This document shows, in pieces, positions 12,001 to 18,867 of a stretch of DNA of 64,000 nucleotides. The notes beneath the pieces were generated by a model, which saw nothing but the letters and a program-made list of their open reading frames with translations, was not told the DNA's origin and did not search any database. A program made the position numbers and the translations under genes. The number at the start of each line of letters is the position of its first letter. Position 1 is the first letter of the stretch. The DNA comes from an uncultured Candidatus Binatia bacterium (GTDB lineage Bacteria; Desulfobacterota; Binatia; UBA9968; JAJDTQ01), in contig OZ219754.1 of the NCBI GenBank assembly GCA_964291295.2, forward strand, positions 2,368,001-2,432,000, read 5' to 3'.

Positions 12001-13378
12001 GGAGGAGGATGGCTGCGGTGCCGGCGGCGGTGCGGGGGCGGAAGGGGGATGCGCGGCGGGCGGTTTCGACCTGATGGCGGGCGAGGCCATGGGCGGAGAG
12101 CCGGGGTCGGGGATTTTCGACGGCTACGGGGGGTATCGGTGGTGGACAGGTCTTGGCGGGGCCAGGAGGTTCTCGGGTTATCCGGCGGGGTTGGGTGAGG
12201 GCGCAAGGGAGCCGGGTCCGGGGCACCTGCTGGCGGACAGCCGCTTCACCTACACGCGCGGGGAGGATCCGGTGGGCGGGGTTCTGGGGTTCTGGGGCCG
12301 CGGGTCGCGGACATCGTTCGACGGGAAGGATGGGGAAGTGGATCTTGACGGGGAGGTGACCACGGCCCTGCTGGGGGCGGACTACGCACGGAACCGCTGG
12401 CGGGCGGGAGTGGCGGTGGCACAAAGCCGCGGCGACGGCGACTACCGCGGTGCGGCGGGGGAGGGGGAGATGGAGGCCTCGCTGACGGCGGCGATTCCGT
12501 ATGCCTCGTGGCGGCCCACGGAGCGTGTGGCGGTGTGGGGGGCGGCGGGCCGGGGGGCCGGCGCGGTGACGCTCAAGCCGGGGGCGGGCGAGTCGGTGAA
12601 GACGGACATCAGCTGGACCATGGCGGCGGCGGGAACGCGTGGCGAGTTGTGGGTGTTCGGGGACGGGGGCTCGCTGTCGCTGGTGTCGGACGCGCTGTGG
12701 GCGCGCACGACGTCGGACCGCGCGCAGGGTCTGGCGGGTACGGAGGCGGACATCGGTCGGCTGCGGCTGGGGCTGGAGGGCAGCCGGCGATTCGAGTTGC
12801 CCGGCGGCAGCGGCCTGACGCCGAAGCTGGGAATCGGCGGGCGCCACGATGGCGGCGACGCGGAGACCGGGTTCGGGTTGGAGGTGGGCGGCGGGATCGG
12901 GTGGGACGCGCCGGGTCTGGGCCTGGACTTCAACGTGGAGGGGCGCGCGCTGCTGTCCCACGAGGACGGCGCCCTGAAGGACCGGGGCTTTTCGGCGTCG
13001 CTTGCCTATGACCCCAGGCCGGAGTCGGCCCTGGGGCTGACCCTGGCGCTGCGCTCGGACCTGGGGGGTGCGGCGACGGGCGGCCTGGACGCGCTGTTCG
13101 CCGACGCGCCGCTGACGCAGCGCCTGGGCGGCGGCAACGGCGGTCGCTGGACGGCCGAGGCGGGCTACGGCCTGGCGGCCTTCCGCGGACGGTTCGTCGG
13201 CACCCCGCATGTGAGCTACGGCGTCTGGTCCGGCGCACCGGAGGTCGGCGTCGGCTGGCGCCTGGCGCCGGCGGCGGGCGCGCCCGATCTCAACATGACG
13301 ATCCGGGCGGTCCGGCGCGAAAACACGCTGGAGCCCGCCGATGGCCGCATCGACTTCGAACTTCAGGCCCTGTGGTAG
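2..13378 (+). CDS. Giant modular surface protein/adhesin (5'-truncated): FN3 repeats, Calx-beta repeats, PKD/cadherin-like modules, C-terminal autotransporter-like beta-barrel
   Basis: Frame is open from base 2 (VTSWNIQYKRG...), so the true start lies upstream of the window. About 13-14 FN3 modules (GDGQVTLSW...WQYRQK...VTGLTNGTEYTFQVRAVN) and about 13 Calx-beta modules (LSIADVTAAE...DDxxDExDETFTVTL...ATGTITDDD). C-terminal ~500 aa begins AWLGRFGRTVA, has amphipathic strands and ends in aromatic W (FELQALW). Confidence 0.9.
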   Translation, partial: VTSWNIQYKRGSESYRNLHVADAGNGSTTTATVTGLAAEEYTFRLQARNENGLSAASSTVTATPTAATAVPPAPTGVRATAGDGEATLSWTDPQSDTITKWQYRQKAAGGSYGEWTDLAHSRTGSALPTLTGTVGDLTNGSSYAFELRAVNAVGAGAASAEVTVTLDADAVSLSIADVTAAEDGTFTFTVTADPAPSAEVTFKYTVTAESGDTATADTDFTAVTTATAATIAASATTAAITVSVTDDDIDESDETFTVTLSEPSDNAEIGDATATGTITDNDTAGVTVSPTSLTVNEGSNGSYTVKLDTEPTADVTVTVGGESGEVTVTGSPLTFTPSNYGTAQTVTVNAGSDTDTTNDTATLTHAASSSDTNYGSSLSIEDVSVTVTDTTTSSIAAPCRIAISSLSHRNRRILQVTMSVPANCGPVPKAEMQVKTATQAWSDVSWIALGNLALSNSDQPQTVTRLFNLAPPGLPALTGLRNVRVRALNGAKAGPESVVAHIWFGPLAQPAGLQAAAGNRHVKLSWTAAANPTLTGWEYRQKPDGGSYGEWTAMSGSGAATTSYSAPGLSNGTEYSFQIRSRSGTAASAASSAVTATPTAGVPLQPELTSSEPGDGQVRVIWRALGDPSVTKWQSRRKLDSASAWPATWTNIPGSDAETTSHVFTGLTNGTPYTFQVRAVNDQGAGPASTGLSATPSAEPFARPTGVGAKAGNGQVTLSWADPGNASITKWQYRRKLAGASAWGAAMDVSGSDAETTSVVVTGLTNSSAYHFQVRAFGTVGGHWSPRVSATPLTPPGAPQGLATSDGDSQVALRWRDQGDTTITGWEYRLKPDGGAYGDWTAIDGSGAGTTSHTVTGLVNGTEYTFQVRAENAGGKGASSEVTATPVRGPPEAPTGFTATSGDGRVTLSWDSSDDDRIRRWNYRQKAGAGAYGRWRAVPGDAGTTSHTVTGLVNATKYTFQVRAETLGEFGKPAAGITATPTATTTAVSLSIADATAAEAAGTMSFTVTATPAPSSLITFRYTVTAESGDTATAGTDFTGVSTATEATIAASATSATITVSVTDDVLVEGDETFTVTLSSPSSGVTISDATATGTITDDDSLPSAPSGLDATGGNAEVALSWDDPEDASITGYELQQKEGSAAWGSWAAIADSDAETTDHTVSGLENGSAYSFRIRAVNPSGSGAQSSVVTATPQANPAKPVVTATAGDGQVTLGWQLQPGIAIATWTYQYSSDGGSTWSASQTVTGASATSTVVTGLENDTEYTFRMFAAVGPGVQSAWSDFVTATPQPPAPAAPTNFSASPGNARVELTWDDPEDASISVWQLRYGKQGETWGSWTPISGSDASTTSHTVTSLDNGSTYRFRIRAKNSGGVGVPSPVVTATPLVLVKPVVTATAGDGRVTLSWPAQPGSGVTAWGYQSSSDGGTSWTSTQTVTGGSTTSTVVSGLTNGTEYTFRMFARAGSAQSSWSDHVKATPIPPALSIADVTAAEDGTFAFTVTAAPAPASGISFKYTVTAASGDTATAGADFTAVTTATSATIAANASSATITVSVTDDAVDEPDETFTVTLSEPSSGVTLGDATATGTITDNDDPPALSIAAPAAVTEGDSGSADMVFTVTLGATSGRQVTVGYAVDSGASTATSGTDFTALTAGTLTFAAGSTGAALAKTVTVAVTGDELDEADETVVLKLSDAVGATLPDPATASGTIEDDDASPVLASLTAQTVTVGEDVDITASATDGDGDTVTYAWTRKAGETTPAIPNGTALNAAQLTFTTTAPGTYTMTVTASDGNGNTDTKDVVLTVTQTVAAALTISVADVSVMEGDSGETDMNFTVTLSGSPSHQVEIQATAWAKGSGDTAKGGRGAGRDFIGFQRRKLVFAANATGAGLSKTVTVKILGDEVEEDDETFTLRLNVLRTTDSRVAFAGGETRLEATGTITDDDDTTSTGHTISVANASVMEGDSHKTAMNFTVTLSGSPSHQVEIKATAWAKDSGDAAKGGWGPGQDFIGFRDQKIVFEANATGASLSKTVAVQVLGDEVDEDNETFTLLLNNLRTADSRVVFAGGEARLEATGTITDDDDATATGHEISVADAEVVEGDSGRTALNFTVTLSGSPSHPVQVDAVAREGTAEAGPGKDFRHFQANRKVVFAADATGAALSQTVRVDVLGDEADEDNETFTLRLNNIRTNDHRVVFAGGGTRLEATGTITDDDASPVLASLTAQTVTVGEDVDITASATDGDGDTVTYAWTRKAGETTPAIPNGTALNAAQLTFTTTAPGTYTMTVTASDGNGNTDTKDVVLTVTQTVAAALTISVADVSVMEGDSGETDMNFTVTLSGSPSHQVEIQATAWAKGSGDTAKGGRGAGRDFIGFQRRKLVFAANATGAGLSKTVTVKILGDEVEEDDETFTLRLNVLRTTDSRVAFAGGETRLEATGTITDDDDTTSTGHTISVANASVMEGDSHKTAMNFTVTLSGSPSHQVEIKATAWAKDSGDAAKGGWGPGQDFIGFRDRKIVFEANATGASLSKTVAVQVLGDEVDEDNETFTLLLNNLRTADSRVVFAGGEARLEATGTITDDDDATATGHEISVADAEVVEGDSGRTALNFTVTLSGSPSHPVQVDAVAREGTAEAGPGKDFRHFQANRKVVFAADATGAALSQTVRVDVLGDEADEDNETFTLRLNNIRTNDHRVVFAGGGTRLEATGTITDDDTAGVTITPSTVTVAEGGSNTYTVKLDTKPSSDVTVTVGGESGDVTVTGSPLTFTPSNWKTAQTVTVNAATDLDTTNDSATLTHASASSDTNYGPSLNIDDVEVTVTEPAPLPTLQLTTDPAAVTEGSAIRLTVTSDRALTGNLTVSLTLSDRGSSGFDAEDIPGTLGPRNFTASFGNSASRTGTVTIPTSTDSEAEGAETYRITLNDGTGYALGVDKTADGTLNDGAAQSTALSIADVTAAEDGTFTFTVTASPASSSEVTFKYTVTAASGDTATAGADFTAVTTAVAKTIAANATSTTITVAVTDDALDEGDETFTVTLSEPSSGVTLSDATGTGTITDDDPLPGLSVGAPGAVTEGDSGSTDMVFTVTLGATSGRAVTVDYAVDGTSTAASGTDFTALAGGTLTFAAGSTGAALAQTVTVAVRGDELDEADETVVLKLSNAGNASITRATASGTITDDDASPVLASLTAQTVAVGEDVDVTAVATDGDNDTISYSWERKAGETLPALPGGTGLNAARLTFTTAAAGTYTMTVTASDGKGNEDTATVTITVTPAPGVTVILRAKGGDGTIELTWVYTGPTQGASKWQVEYFTGSTGDELRDLPGGVAARSATLPLSGGPEVLNGQTYNIRIVLLHTNGTTLAESVTNNVGWVRATPRGSATPRVVVTPTELTVKEGGGNHYTVVLAGVAPTGRVRVEITSVAQGRDDVEVGELMFDATDWDDPRRVSIYGRVLDDVEGYEVTQELEVKAPGTNYADVEAEDVTVTVVDTTATLTLATDPAAVTEGEEISLEITSDRALTGALPVSLSFADRGSSGFAAADLPGGLVQTRMADFGEEGGTTGTVTIPTNRDGLTSEGVETYTVTLGDDSTENGYKLGSDTTADGRLNDAASGTPTTPGTTKGVTVIPMELTAAEGGGAGFMVVLDAAPSEDVTVTVSGVSGDVTFTTEGQGDDGGNWGRLTFTTGNWEVPQWVRVWVREDADMEDDTDVVLTLTASGGGYDGVNIDSVTVTVVENDKTMSPGGAEAGGNAPGSAGPPPESAPERPGRPRRLRAKAGDGEVRLFWEDLEDRTLSHWQVRVRRGVGRWGAWTDMAGSDAGTVTHRVTGLENGTEYRFRVRGVNEAGPGVKSGRVFATPLRKPEISIADASAGEGEAMVFGITLSEASARKVRVSWRTAWGGEHGSAEGGSDFVQGSGVVRFRPGATRVEIRIQTLDDAHDEGRESFAVLLSEAKGGSIADGEATGTIVNTDPMPRAWLGRFGRTVAERALEGIAERVGEAVRVPGFQGVLGGIPLEEDGCGAGGGAGAEGGCAAGGFDLMAGEAMGGEPGSGIFDGYGGYRWWTGLGGARRFSGYPAGLGEGAREPGPGHLLADSRFTYTRGEDPVGGVLGFWGRGSRTSFDGKDGEVDLDGEVTTALLGADYARNRWRAGVAVAQSRGDGDYRGAAGEGEMEASLTAAIPYASWRPTERVAVWGAAGRGAGAVTLKPGAGESVKTDISWTMAAAGTRGELWVFGDGGSLSLVSDALWARTTSDRAQGLAGTEADIGRLRLGLEGSRRFELPGGSGLTPKLGIGGRHDGGDAETGFGLEVGGGIGWDAPGLGLDFNVEGRALLSHEDGALKDRGFSASLAYDPRPESALGLTLALRSDLGGAATGGLDALFADAPLTQRLGGGNGGRWTAEAGYGLAAFRGRFVGTPHVSYGVWSGAPEVGVGWRLAPAAGAPDLNMTIRAVRRENTLEPADGRIDFELQALW
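5126..8113 (+). repeat. Near-identical 1494-bp tandem duplication (2 x 498 aa) inside the giant gene
   Basis: gacgacgacgcttcgccggtgctgg occurs at 5126 and 6620 (offset 1494). Antisense ORFs 5536-5871 and 7030-7365 share the same offset. Only scattered substitutions (e.g. FRDQK vs FRDRK). Confidence 0.95.
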
Positions 13379-13438
13379 GAGGGCCCGCGGCAGGCTGCGG
13401 TGTCGAACCCGGTCTTGTGGATGATGAGAGCGGGGGCG

Positions 13439-13611
13439 TCCTTGCGGCGGCGGGTGCGCATCGGCGCCATGACCCGGCAACCGGCGCTGGAGCGCTCCGG
13501 CACGGTCGCGGCGAGCTGACCGTTGCTGCGTGACGCCGCGGGATTCCTCGGCCACGTCCAGATACGGAACCGGGGCACGGTGGGGCCGTCTCGCCCATGC
13601 CTTCCTTTCGG
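13439..13611 (+). pseudogene. Degenerate duplicate of an internal part of the downstream FAD-binding (coxM-like) gene
   Basis: 13455-13611 aligns to 13987-14145 (tgcgcatcggcgccatgacccggca...cagatacggaaccggggcacggtggg), with a TGG>TGA stop and small indels. Confidence 0.85.
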
Positions 13612-13716
13612 GACAGTGTTGTGAGCGCAGGCCTCGGAGGCGGCGTCGCAGGCCGCTTCGGGATGTGGCGGATGAGGGGACAGATCCGGATTTTCCTGCA
13701 GAAGGTTCATCTGGCC

Positions 13717-13728
13717 GAGAGCGCTCTC
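13717..13728. promoter_or_regulatory. Perfect palindrome GAGAGCGCTCTC, possible LacI-family operator
   Basis: 12-bp CG-centred palindrome about 50 bp upstream of the coxM-like GTG start. Operator role is inference. Confidence 0.3.
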
Positions 13729-13778
13729 ATGTGCATGCCGGGGGCGGTGTTTCCGCTCAGCCCCTTCCTGGAGGCCAC

Positions 13779-14663
13779 GTGAAACCGGCCAGCTTCGAGT
13801 ATCACGACCCGACGAGCGTGTCCGAGACCACCGCGCTGCTGGGCGCTCTGGGGGAGGAGGCGCGGGTGCTTGCCGGCGGCCAGAGTCTGGTGCCGCTGAT
13901 GAACTTCCGCCTGGCCCGGCCCGCCCACCTGGTGGACCTGGGGCGGGTGGCGGCGTTGGACTTCCTTGCGGTGGAGGGGGCGGAATTGCGCATCGGCGCC
14001 ATGACCCGGCAGCGGGTGCTGGAGCGCTCCGGCACGGTAGCGGCGGGCTGGCCGTTGCTGCGTGAAGCCGCGGGATTCATCGGCCACGTCCAGATACGGA
14101 ACCGGGGCACGGTGGGTGGCAGTCTCGCCCACGCCTTCCCTTCGGCCGAGTTGCCGCTGGCCATGGTCACGCTGGGCGCTGTCCTGCTGTTGCAGCGGGA
14201 GAGCGGGGAGCGCGCGGTGGCGGCGGAGGAATTCTTCCTGGGCACCATGACCACGGTCCTGGAGCCGGGCGAACTGCTCCGTGAAGTGCGGGTTCCGGAG
14301 ACCGCCCCGGGCAGCGGCGTTTCGTTCCAGGAAGTGAGCCGCCGCTACGGTGACTTTGCGCTGGCGGCGGCGGCGGCGCGGGTAACCCTGGACCGGCACG
14401 GCGCGGTGGCCGCCGTCCGCCTGACCCTCACCGGCGCGGCGCCGGTTCGAGCGCATGCGGCCGAGGAGGTGCTGCTGGGGGAGAAGCCGTCGGAGGCCCT
14501 GTTCCGGGAAGCCGCCGGGCGCGCAGTGGCCGGCACCGAACAGGACGCGGACATGCATGCCAGCGCCGACTACCGCCGCCGCGCCTGCGCGGCCATGGCC
14601 CGGCGCGCGTTGACCCGGGCGGCGCAACGGGCGGCCGCGGCCTTCGAGGAGACAGGCCCATGA
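13779..14663 (+). CDS. Xanthine/CO dehydrogenase family FAD-binding subunit (CoxM-like)
   Basis: VKPASFEYHDP, AGGQSLVPLMNFRLARP and QIRNRGTVGGS motifs. GTG at 13779 follows GGAGG. Confidence 0.9.
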   Translation: MKPASFEYHDPTSVSETTALLGALGEEARVLAGGQSLVPLMNFRLARPAHLVDLGRVAALDFLAVEGAELRIGAMTRQRVLERSGTVAAGWPLLREAAGFIGHVQIRNRGTVGGSLAHAFPSAELPLAMVTLGAVLLLQRESGERAVAAEEFFLGTMTTVLEPGELLREVRVPETAPGSGVSFQEVSRRYGDFALAAAAARVTLDRHGAVAAVRLTLTGAAPVRAHAAEEVLLGEKPSEALFREAAGRAVAGTEQDADMHASADYRRRACAAMARRALTRAAQRAAAAFEETGP

Positions 14664-15166
14664 GCAAGCGCAGGATCACGGTGCGGGTGAACGGCGTCGC
14701 GCACGCCGGTGTGGTGGAGCCGCGCAAACTCCTGAGCGACTTCATTCGCGACGACTTGGGTCTGACCGGCACGCATGTGGGCTGCGAACACGGCGTTTGC
14801 GGCGCCTGCACGGTGCTGCTCCACGGCGACCCGGTGCGTTCCTGCCTGATGTTCGCGGTGCAGGCGGACGGGGCCGAGATCGACACGGTGGAGGGGTTGG
14901 CACCGGACGCGCGCACGCTGCATCCCCTGCAGGAGAAATTCCAGGAACGGCATGGGCTCCAGTGCGGTTTCTGCACCCCCGGCATCCTGCTCACCGCGCG
15001 GGCGCTGTTGCGGGAGAACCCCGACCCGGGTGAGACCGAGGTCCGCGAGTGGATCAGCGGCAATCTGTGCCGCTGTACGGGTTACCGGAACATCGTCACC
15101 GCCATTCGCGAGGCTGCGGCGGCCCTGTCCTCAGGGGAGGCTGCGGCGGCGCTCCGAAAGGGCTGA
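14660..15166 (+). CDS. (2Fe-2S)-binding small subunit (CoxS-like)
   Basis: GCEHGVCGACTV, QCGFCTPG and GNLCRCTGY motifs. ATGA overlap with the previous gene. Confidence 0.95.
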   Translation: MSKRRITVRVNGVAHAGVVEPRKLLSDFIRDDLGLTGTHVGCEHGVCGACTVLLHGDPVRSCLMFAVQADGAEIDTVEGLAPDARTLHPLQEKFQERHGLQCGFCTPGILLTARALLRENPDPGETEVREWISGNLCRCTGYRNIVTAIREAAAALSSGEAAAALRKG

Positions 15167-15176
15167 AGGAACGGCC

Positions 15177-17480
15177 GTGGCCTACATCGGTTCGAACGTC
15201 AGGCGCAAGGAGGACGTGCCGTTGCTGCGGGGCGTCGGCACGTACGTCGGGGATATCCGGCGGCCGGGAATGGTGCATGCCGCGGTGCTCCGGAGCAGCC
15301 GCGCCCACGCGCGGCTTGCCGATCTTGACGCCTCCCGGGCGTTGGAGTTGCCGGGCGTGGCCGGCGTGCTCACGGCTGCGGACATGCCGGGCCTCGGGAC
15401 CATTCCCATGCGCATGGGACAGATACCCGGTCTGGAAAGGTCGCAGCAGCCCCCCGTCGCCACCGACCGGGTGCGCTACGTGGGCGAGCCCGTGGCCGTG
15501 GTGGTGGCGCGGGACCGGTACGTGGCCGAGGATGCGCTGGAGCGGGTGGATGTGGTCTACGAGGAGCTGCCGGCGGTGACAGACGCGCGCGCCGCCATGA
15601 CACCGGAGGCGCCTTGGCTCCACGACGCGGTGCCGGGCAACGTCCCGGCCGAGTTCAAGGTGGAGACGGGCGACGTGAAACGCGCGTTGGCCGGGTGCGA
15701 TCTCATTGTCGAGGAAACCTTCGAGACCCAGCGTCATGCCGCCGTGCCGCTGGAGACCCGCGGTCTGGTGGCGGAGTATGACCAGGGCCGCGGCATTCTC
15801 ACCGTGTGGGGGCCCACCAAGATGACCCACGCCAACTGGCGCATCCTCTCGGAGTTGATGGGCTTGCCCCAGAGCGCCATCCATTTCATCGAGCCGGCGG
15901 TGGGCGGCGGTTTCGGTGCCCGGGGCGAATTCTATCCCGAGGATTTCCTGATTCCCTTTGCGGCCATGCACTTCCGCCTGCCGGTGTGCTGGATCGAGGA
16001 CCGCTCCGAGAATCTCAAGGCCATGAACCAGTCGCGGCAGCAGTCGTACCGGGTGCGGCTGGGGCTGCGCAAGGACGGCACGATGGTGGCCATGGATGCG
16101 GAGATCCTGTTCGACATGGGCGGCTACACCCGCACCCACGGCGGCGTGCCGGTGGTCTCGTCCTCGGCCATGTTGCGCGGCCCGCTGCGCATCGAGAACT
16201 ATGCTTGTCAGGTCCATTGCGTGCTCACCAACAAGACGCCGGTGGGCACCTACCGGAGCCCCGGCCGCTACGAGGCCAACTTCGTGCGCGAGCGGCTCGT
16301 GGACATGGCGGCTCACCGCCTCGGGCTCGACCCCGCGGAACTGCGGCGGCGCAACCTGATCCGCCCCGAGGAGATGCCCTACGACCTCGGCGCGCACCCG
16401 TACCACTACAACGTGTACGACAGCGGCGATCTGCCGGGGCAACTCGACGCCGCCCTGCGCCGCATGAGCCATGTTGAGCTTCAGCGGCGCTGCGCCGCCG
16501 CCCGGGCCGAAGGCCGGGCGGTGGGCGTGGGCATCGGCTGCTTCGTGGAGACCAGCGGCATCGGACCTTGGGAATACGCCAGGGTGGAGGTGGACAACAA
16601 CGGTGGCGTGGTGCTCTACAGCGGCGTCAACTCGGTGGGGCAGGGCATCGCCACGGCCCTGAGCCAGATCGTCGCGGACGAACTGTGCGTGTCCATCGAG
16701 GATGTGCGGGTGGTGCACGGCGACACCGCCCGGGTGCCCTACGGCAACGGCAGCAACGCCAGCCGCTCCACCGTCATGGGCGGGAGTGCGGCGGTGGGCG
16801 CTTGCCGCAAGGTCCGGGAGAAGCTCCTGCGGCTGGCGTCCCGGGAACTGGAGATCGACGCCGGCGACCTGGTGCGGGCGGACGGCCGCATCCATGCCAA
16901 GGGCGCGCCGGAGCGGAGCCTCGACTTCGCCGCGCTGGCCCGGCTGGCGCTGCCCGGGTCAGCCCTGTCCCGGGGTTTCACGCCCGGCATCTCCGAAGAG
17001 CATTTCTTCGCCACCGACAAGCGGCCGTTCCCCTACGGCGTTCACGTGGCGGTGGTGGAGGTGGACCGGGAGACCGGCATGATCGAGATCCTCGACTACC
17101 TCGTGATGGAGGACGTGGGACGCAAGATCAACCCCATGATCGTGGAGGGTCAGATGGCCGGCGGCCTGGCCCAGGGCATCGGCGGCGCGCTGCTGGAGGA
17201 GTTCGCCTTCGACGAGAACGGACAGCCCCAGGCCACCAGTTTCATGGACTATCTCATGCCCACCGCCATGGACGTGCCCCGGAGCGAGCTCATTTCCACC
17301 GAGGACTTCCCCTCGCCCCACAACCCGCTGGGGGTCAAGGGAGCCGGGGAGGGCGGCATCACCGCCGCCGGCGCGGCCTTGGCCAATGCCGTCTCCGATG
17401 CCCTCGGCGTGGAGGTCACGCGGTTGCCGCTCAAGCCCGGCTACCTTCTGGAACTGGTGGATGCCGCGGGACAGGACTGA
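15177..17480 (+). CDS. Xanthine dehydrogenase family molybdopterin-binding large subunit (CoxL-like, not form I CODH)
   Basis: RKED..LLRG.G.Y, VGGGFG, active-site loop TYRSPGR, GQMAGGLAQGIG and GVKGAGEGG motifs. GTG at 15177 follows AAGGA. Confidence 0.92.
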   Translation: MAYIGSNVRRKEDVPLLRGVGTYVGDIRRPGMVHAAVLRSSRAHARLADLDASRALELPGVAGVLTAADMPGLGTIPMRMGQIPGLERSQQPPVATDRVRYVGEPVAVVVARDRYVAEDALERVDVVYEELPAVTDARAAMTPEAPWLHDAVPGNVPAEFKVETGDVKRALAGCDLIVEETFETQRHAAVPLETRGLVAEYDQGRGILTVWGPTKMTHANWRILSELMGLPQSAIHFIEPAVGGGFGARGEFYPEDFLIPFAAMHFRLPVCWIEDRSENLKAMNQSRQQSYRVRLGLRKDGTMVAMDAEILFDMGGYTRTHGGVPVVSSSAMLRGPLRIENYACQVHCVLTNKTPVGTYRSPGRYEANFVRERLVDMAAHRLGLDPAELRRRNLIRPEEMPYDLGAHPYHYNVYDSGDLPGQLDAALRRMSHVELQRRCAAARAEGRAVGVGIGCFVETSGIGPWEYARVEVDNNGGVVLYSGVNSVGQGIATALSQIVADELCVSIEDVRVVHGDTARVPYGNGSNASRSTVMGGSAAVGACRKVREKLLRLASRELEIDAGDLVRADGRIHAKGAPERSLDFAALARLALPGSALSRGFTPGISEEHFFATDKRPFPYGVHVAVVEVDRETGMIEILDYLVMEDVGRKINPMIVEGQMAGGLAQGIGGALLEEFAFDENGQPQATSFMDYLMPTAMDVPRSELISTEDFPSPHNPLGVKGAGEGGITAAGAALANAVSDALGVEVTRLPLKPGYLLELVDAAGQD

Positions 17481-17519
17481 AGACACCGCCGCGCCGGAGC
17501 CCCGCGGCGAACCCGGCGA

Positions 17520-17730
17520 CATCGGGGAGATCCACCCTGCGTCCATACCCGACGATGCGTCGATCAGACGACGACGGTCCGTCCGCGGCGCCGGCGAACC
17601 GCACGGCCCGAGGACGCGCGCCGTCTGCGCGGCCTTGACCGAAGCGGAGATCCCGTCGGTTCCCGGTGGCGCCGCGCGCGATCTGTGGGAAGAGGCCGAC
17701 GGTGGTTCGCCGCCGGCGGGGCTCCCCGGT
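17520..17730 (+). pseudogene. Possible decayed ketopantoate-reductase (ApbA/PanE)-family fragment
   Basis: One frame reads GEPHGPRTRAVCAALTEAEIPS...RDLWE, resembling the GE...AL..AG....RDLWEK segment of ApbA. No start; the frame breaks afterwards. Confidence 0.3.
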
Positions 17731-17753
17731 CTCCCGCGCAAGGGCCGCGGCGG

Positions 17754-18658
17754 TCAGGGACGCCCCGCTTCCCGTCCGCCCGTCCCGGTCGTTCCCCGAC
17801 GGCTCAACGTTCCGCCGGTCTCGACAGGGCTCCCGGCCGGACCACGCCACGAATGGGCTGGCGCCCATCCCAGGATCTCCTTGGCGCGGGCGTTGGCAAA
17901 GACGCCGCGGCTGCCGGTGAGCGCCCGGGCGCGGTCGCCGATGGCCGGATTGAGGCGGGGCAGCAGTTCGCACAGGGGCTCGGATACGGATCTGTCGTCG
18001 GTCACCACGAACATCACCGTGCCGCCGGGCACGGGCCGCTCCACCGCCAGACGGAACGCCACCGCCAGATCCCGCACGTCGATATAGCTGTATTCCCGCC
18101 AACCCTCGGGCTGCCGGCCGCCGGTGCGGCGCATCTCGTCGAGCGCCTCCGGCGTCACCACGCCGCTGGGGCGGATCACCACCGTCTCCACGCCCTTCAG
18201 GGCGTAGGACCGGGCGACGGTTTCGCCGAGCTGTTTCGACAGGCCGTAGAGATCGATGGGTCTCAACGGATGCGCTTCGTCGATGGGCAGGTAGTCGGGC
18301 ATGAACGCACCGCCGCTGTAGGCCCATCCCACCGCCGCGTTGCTGCTGGTGGAGACCACCCGCGGGATGCCGAGCCGGAACGCGGCGTGGTGAACGTTGA
18401 AGGTGCCGTTGACGTTGGTCTCGAAGACGACGCCGGCGGGAGCGACGTCGGGATTGTGAACCGCCGCCAGATGGACGATGGCGTCGGTTCCCGCGGCCGC
18501 CTCCAGGACCTGGCCGAGGTCCTGGATCTCGCCTGCCAGAAACCGGGCGCCGCCGCCTTCCCGGGGACCCCGCAACCGGTCCAGACCGTGCCGCGGAGCA
18601 GTTCGTCCACCACGCCTCGACCGACCTTGCCCAATCCGCCGGTAACCAGAATCTTCAC
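17754..18658 (-). pseudogene. NAD-dependent epimerase/dehydratase, frameshifted near the 5' end
   Basis: GTG at 18658 after AAGGAGG gives VKILVTGGLGKVG in one frame. AIVHLAA, STSSNAAVG and YGLSK lie in another frame (ORF 17754-18575). The shift is at about 18580-18595. Confidence 0.75.
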
Positions 18659-18867
18659 GGTGACCCTCCTTGAAGTGCGCTTATCCGCAGGATGGGTTAT
18701 CCGGTCCAGGTGGTAACACCGGGTCACGTTTTTCGTCAACAGGACGGGCCGTTTCCCCGGGCAGTGCCCGCTGGCTGCTTTGACAGCGGGGCGGGGAGGC
18801 GGTAAAAGCAGAGGATTTCCGCCGGCAGGCAGCGGGCGGAGGTTCCCGAAGTTTGGACGGAGGCAGG

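Noticed and set aside
4607-13555. Very long antisense ORFs (1254 aa, 1302 aa) and many other overlapping ORFs across the window
   Set aside because: Arg/His-rich shadow frames of GC-rich genes with biased codons; no domain motifs.
13455-14145. Repeat pair as a diversity-generating retroelement TR/VR
   Set aside because: Mismatches are not adenine-specific (C/G, C/T and indels occur) and there is no reverse transcriptase in the window.
15177-17480. Aerobic CO dehydrogenase (coxL form I)
   Set aside because: Lacks the AYxCSFR Cu-binding loop.
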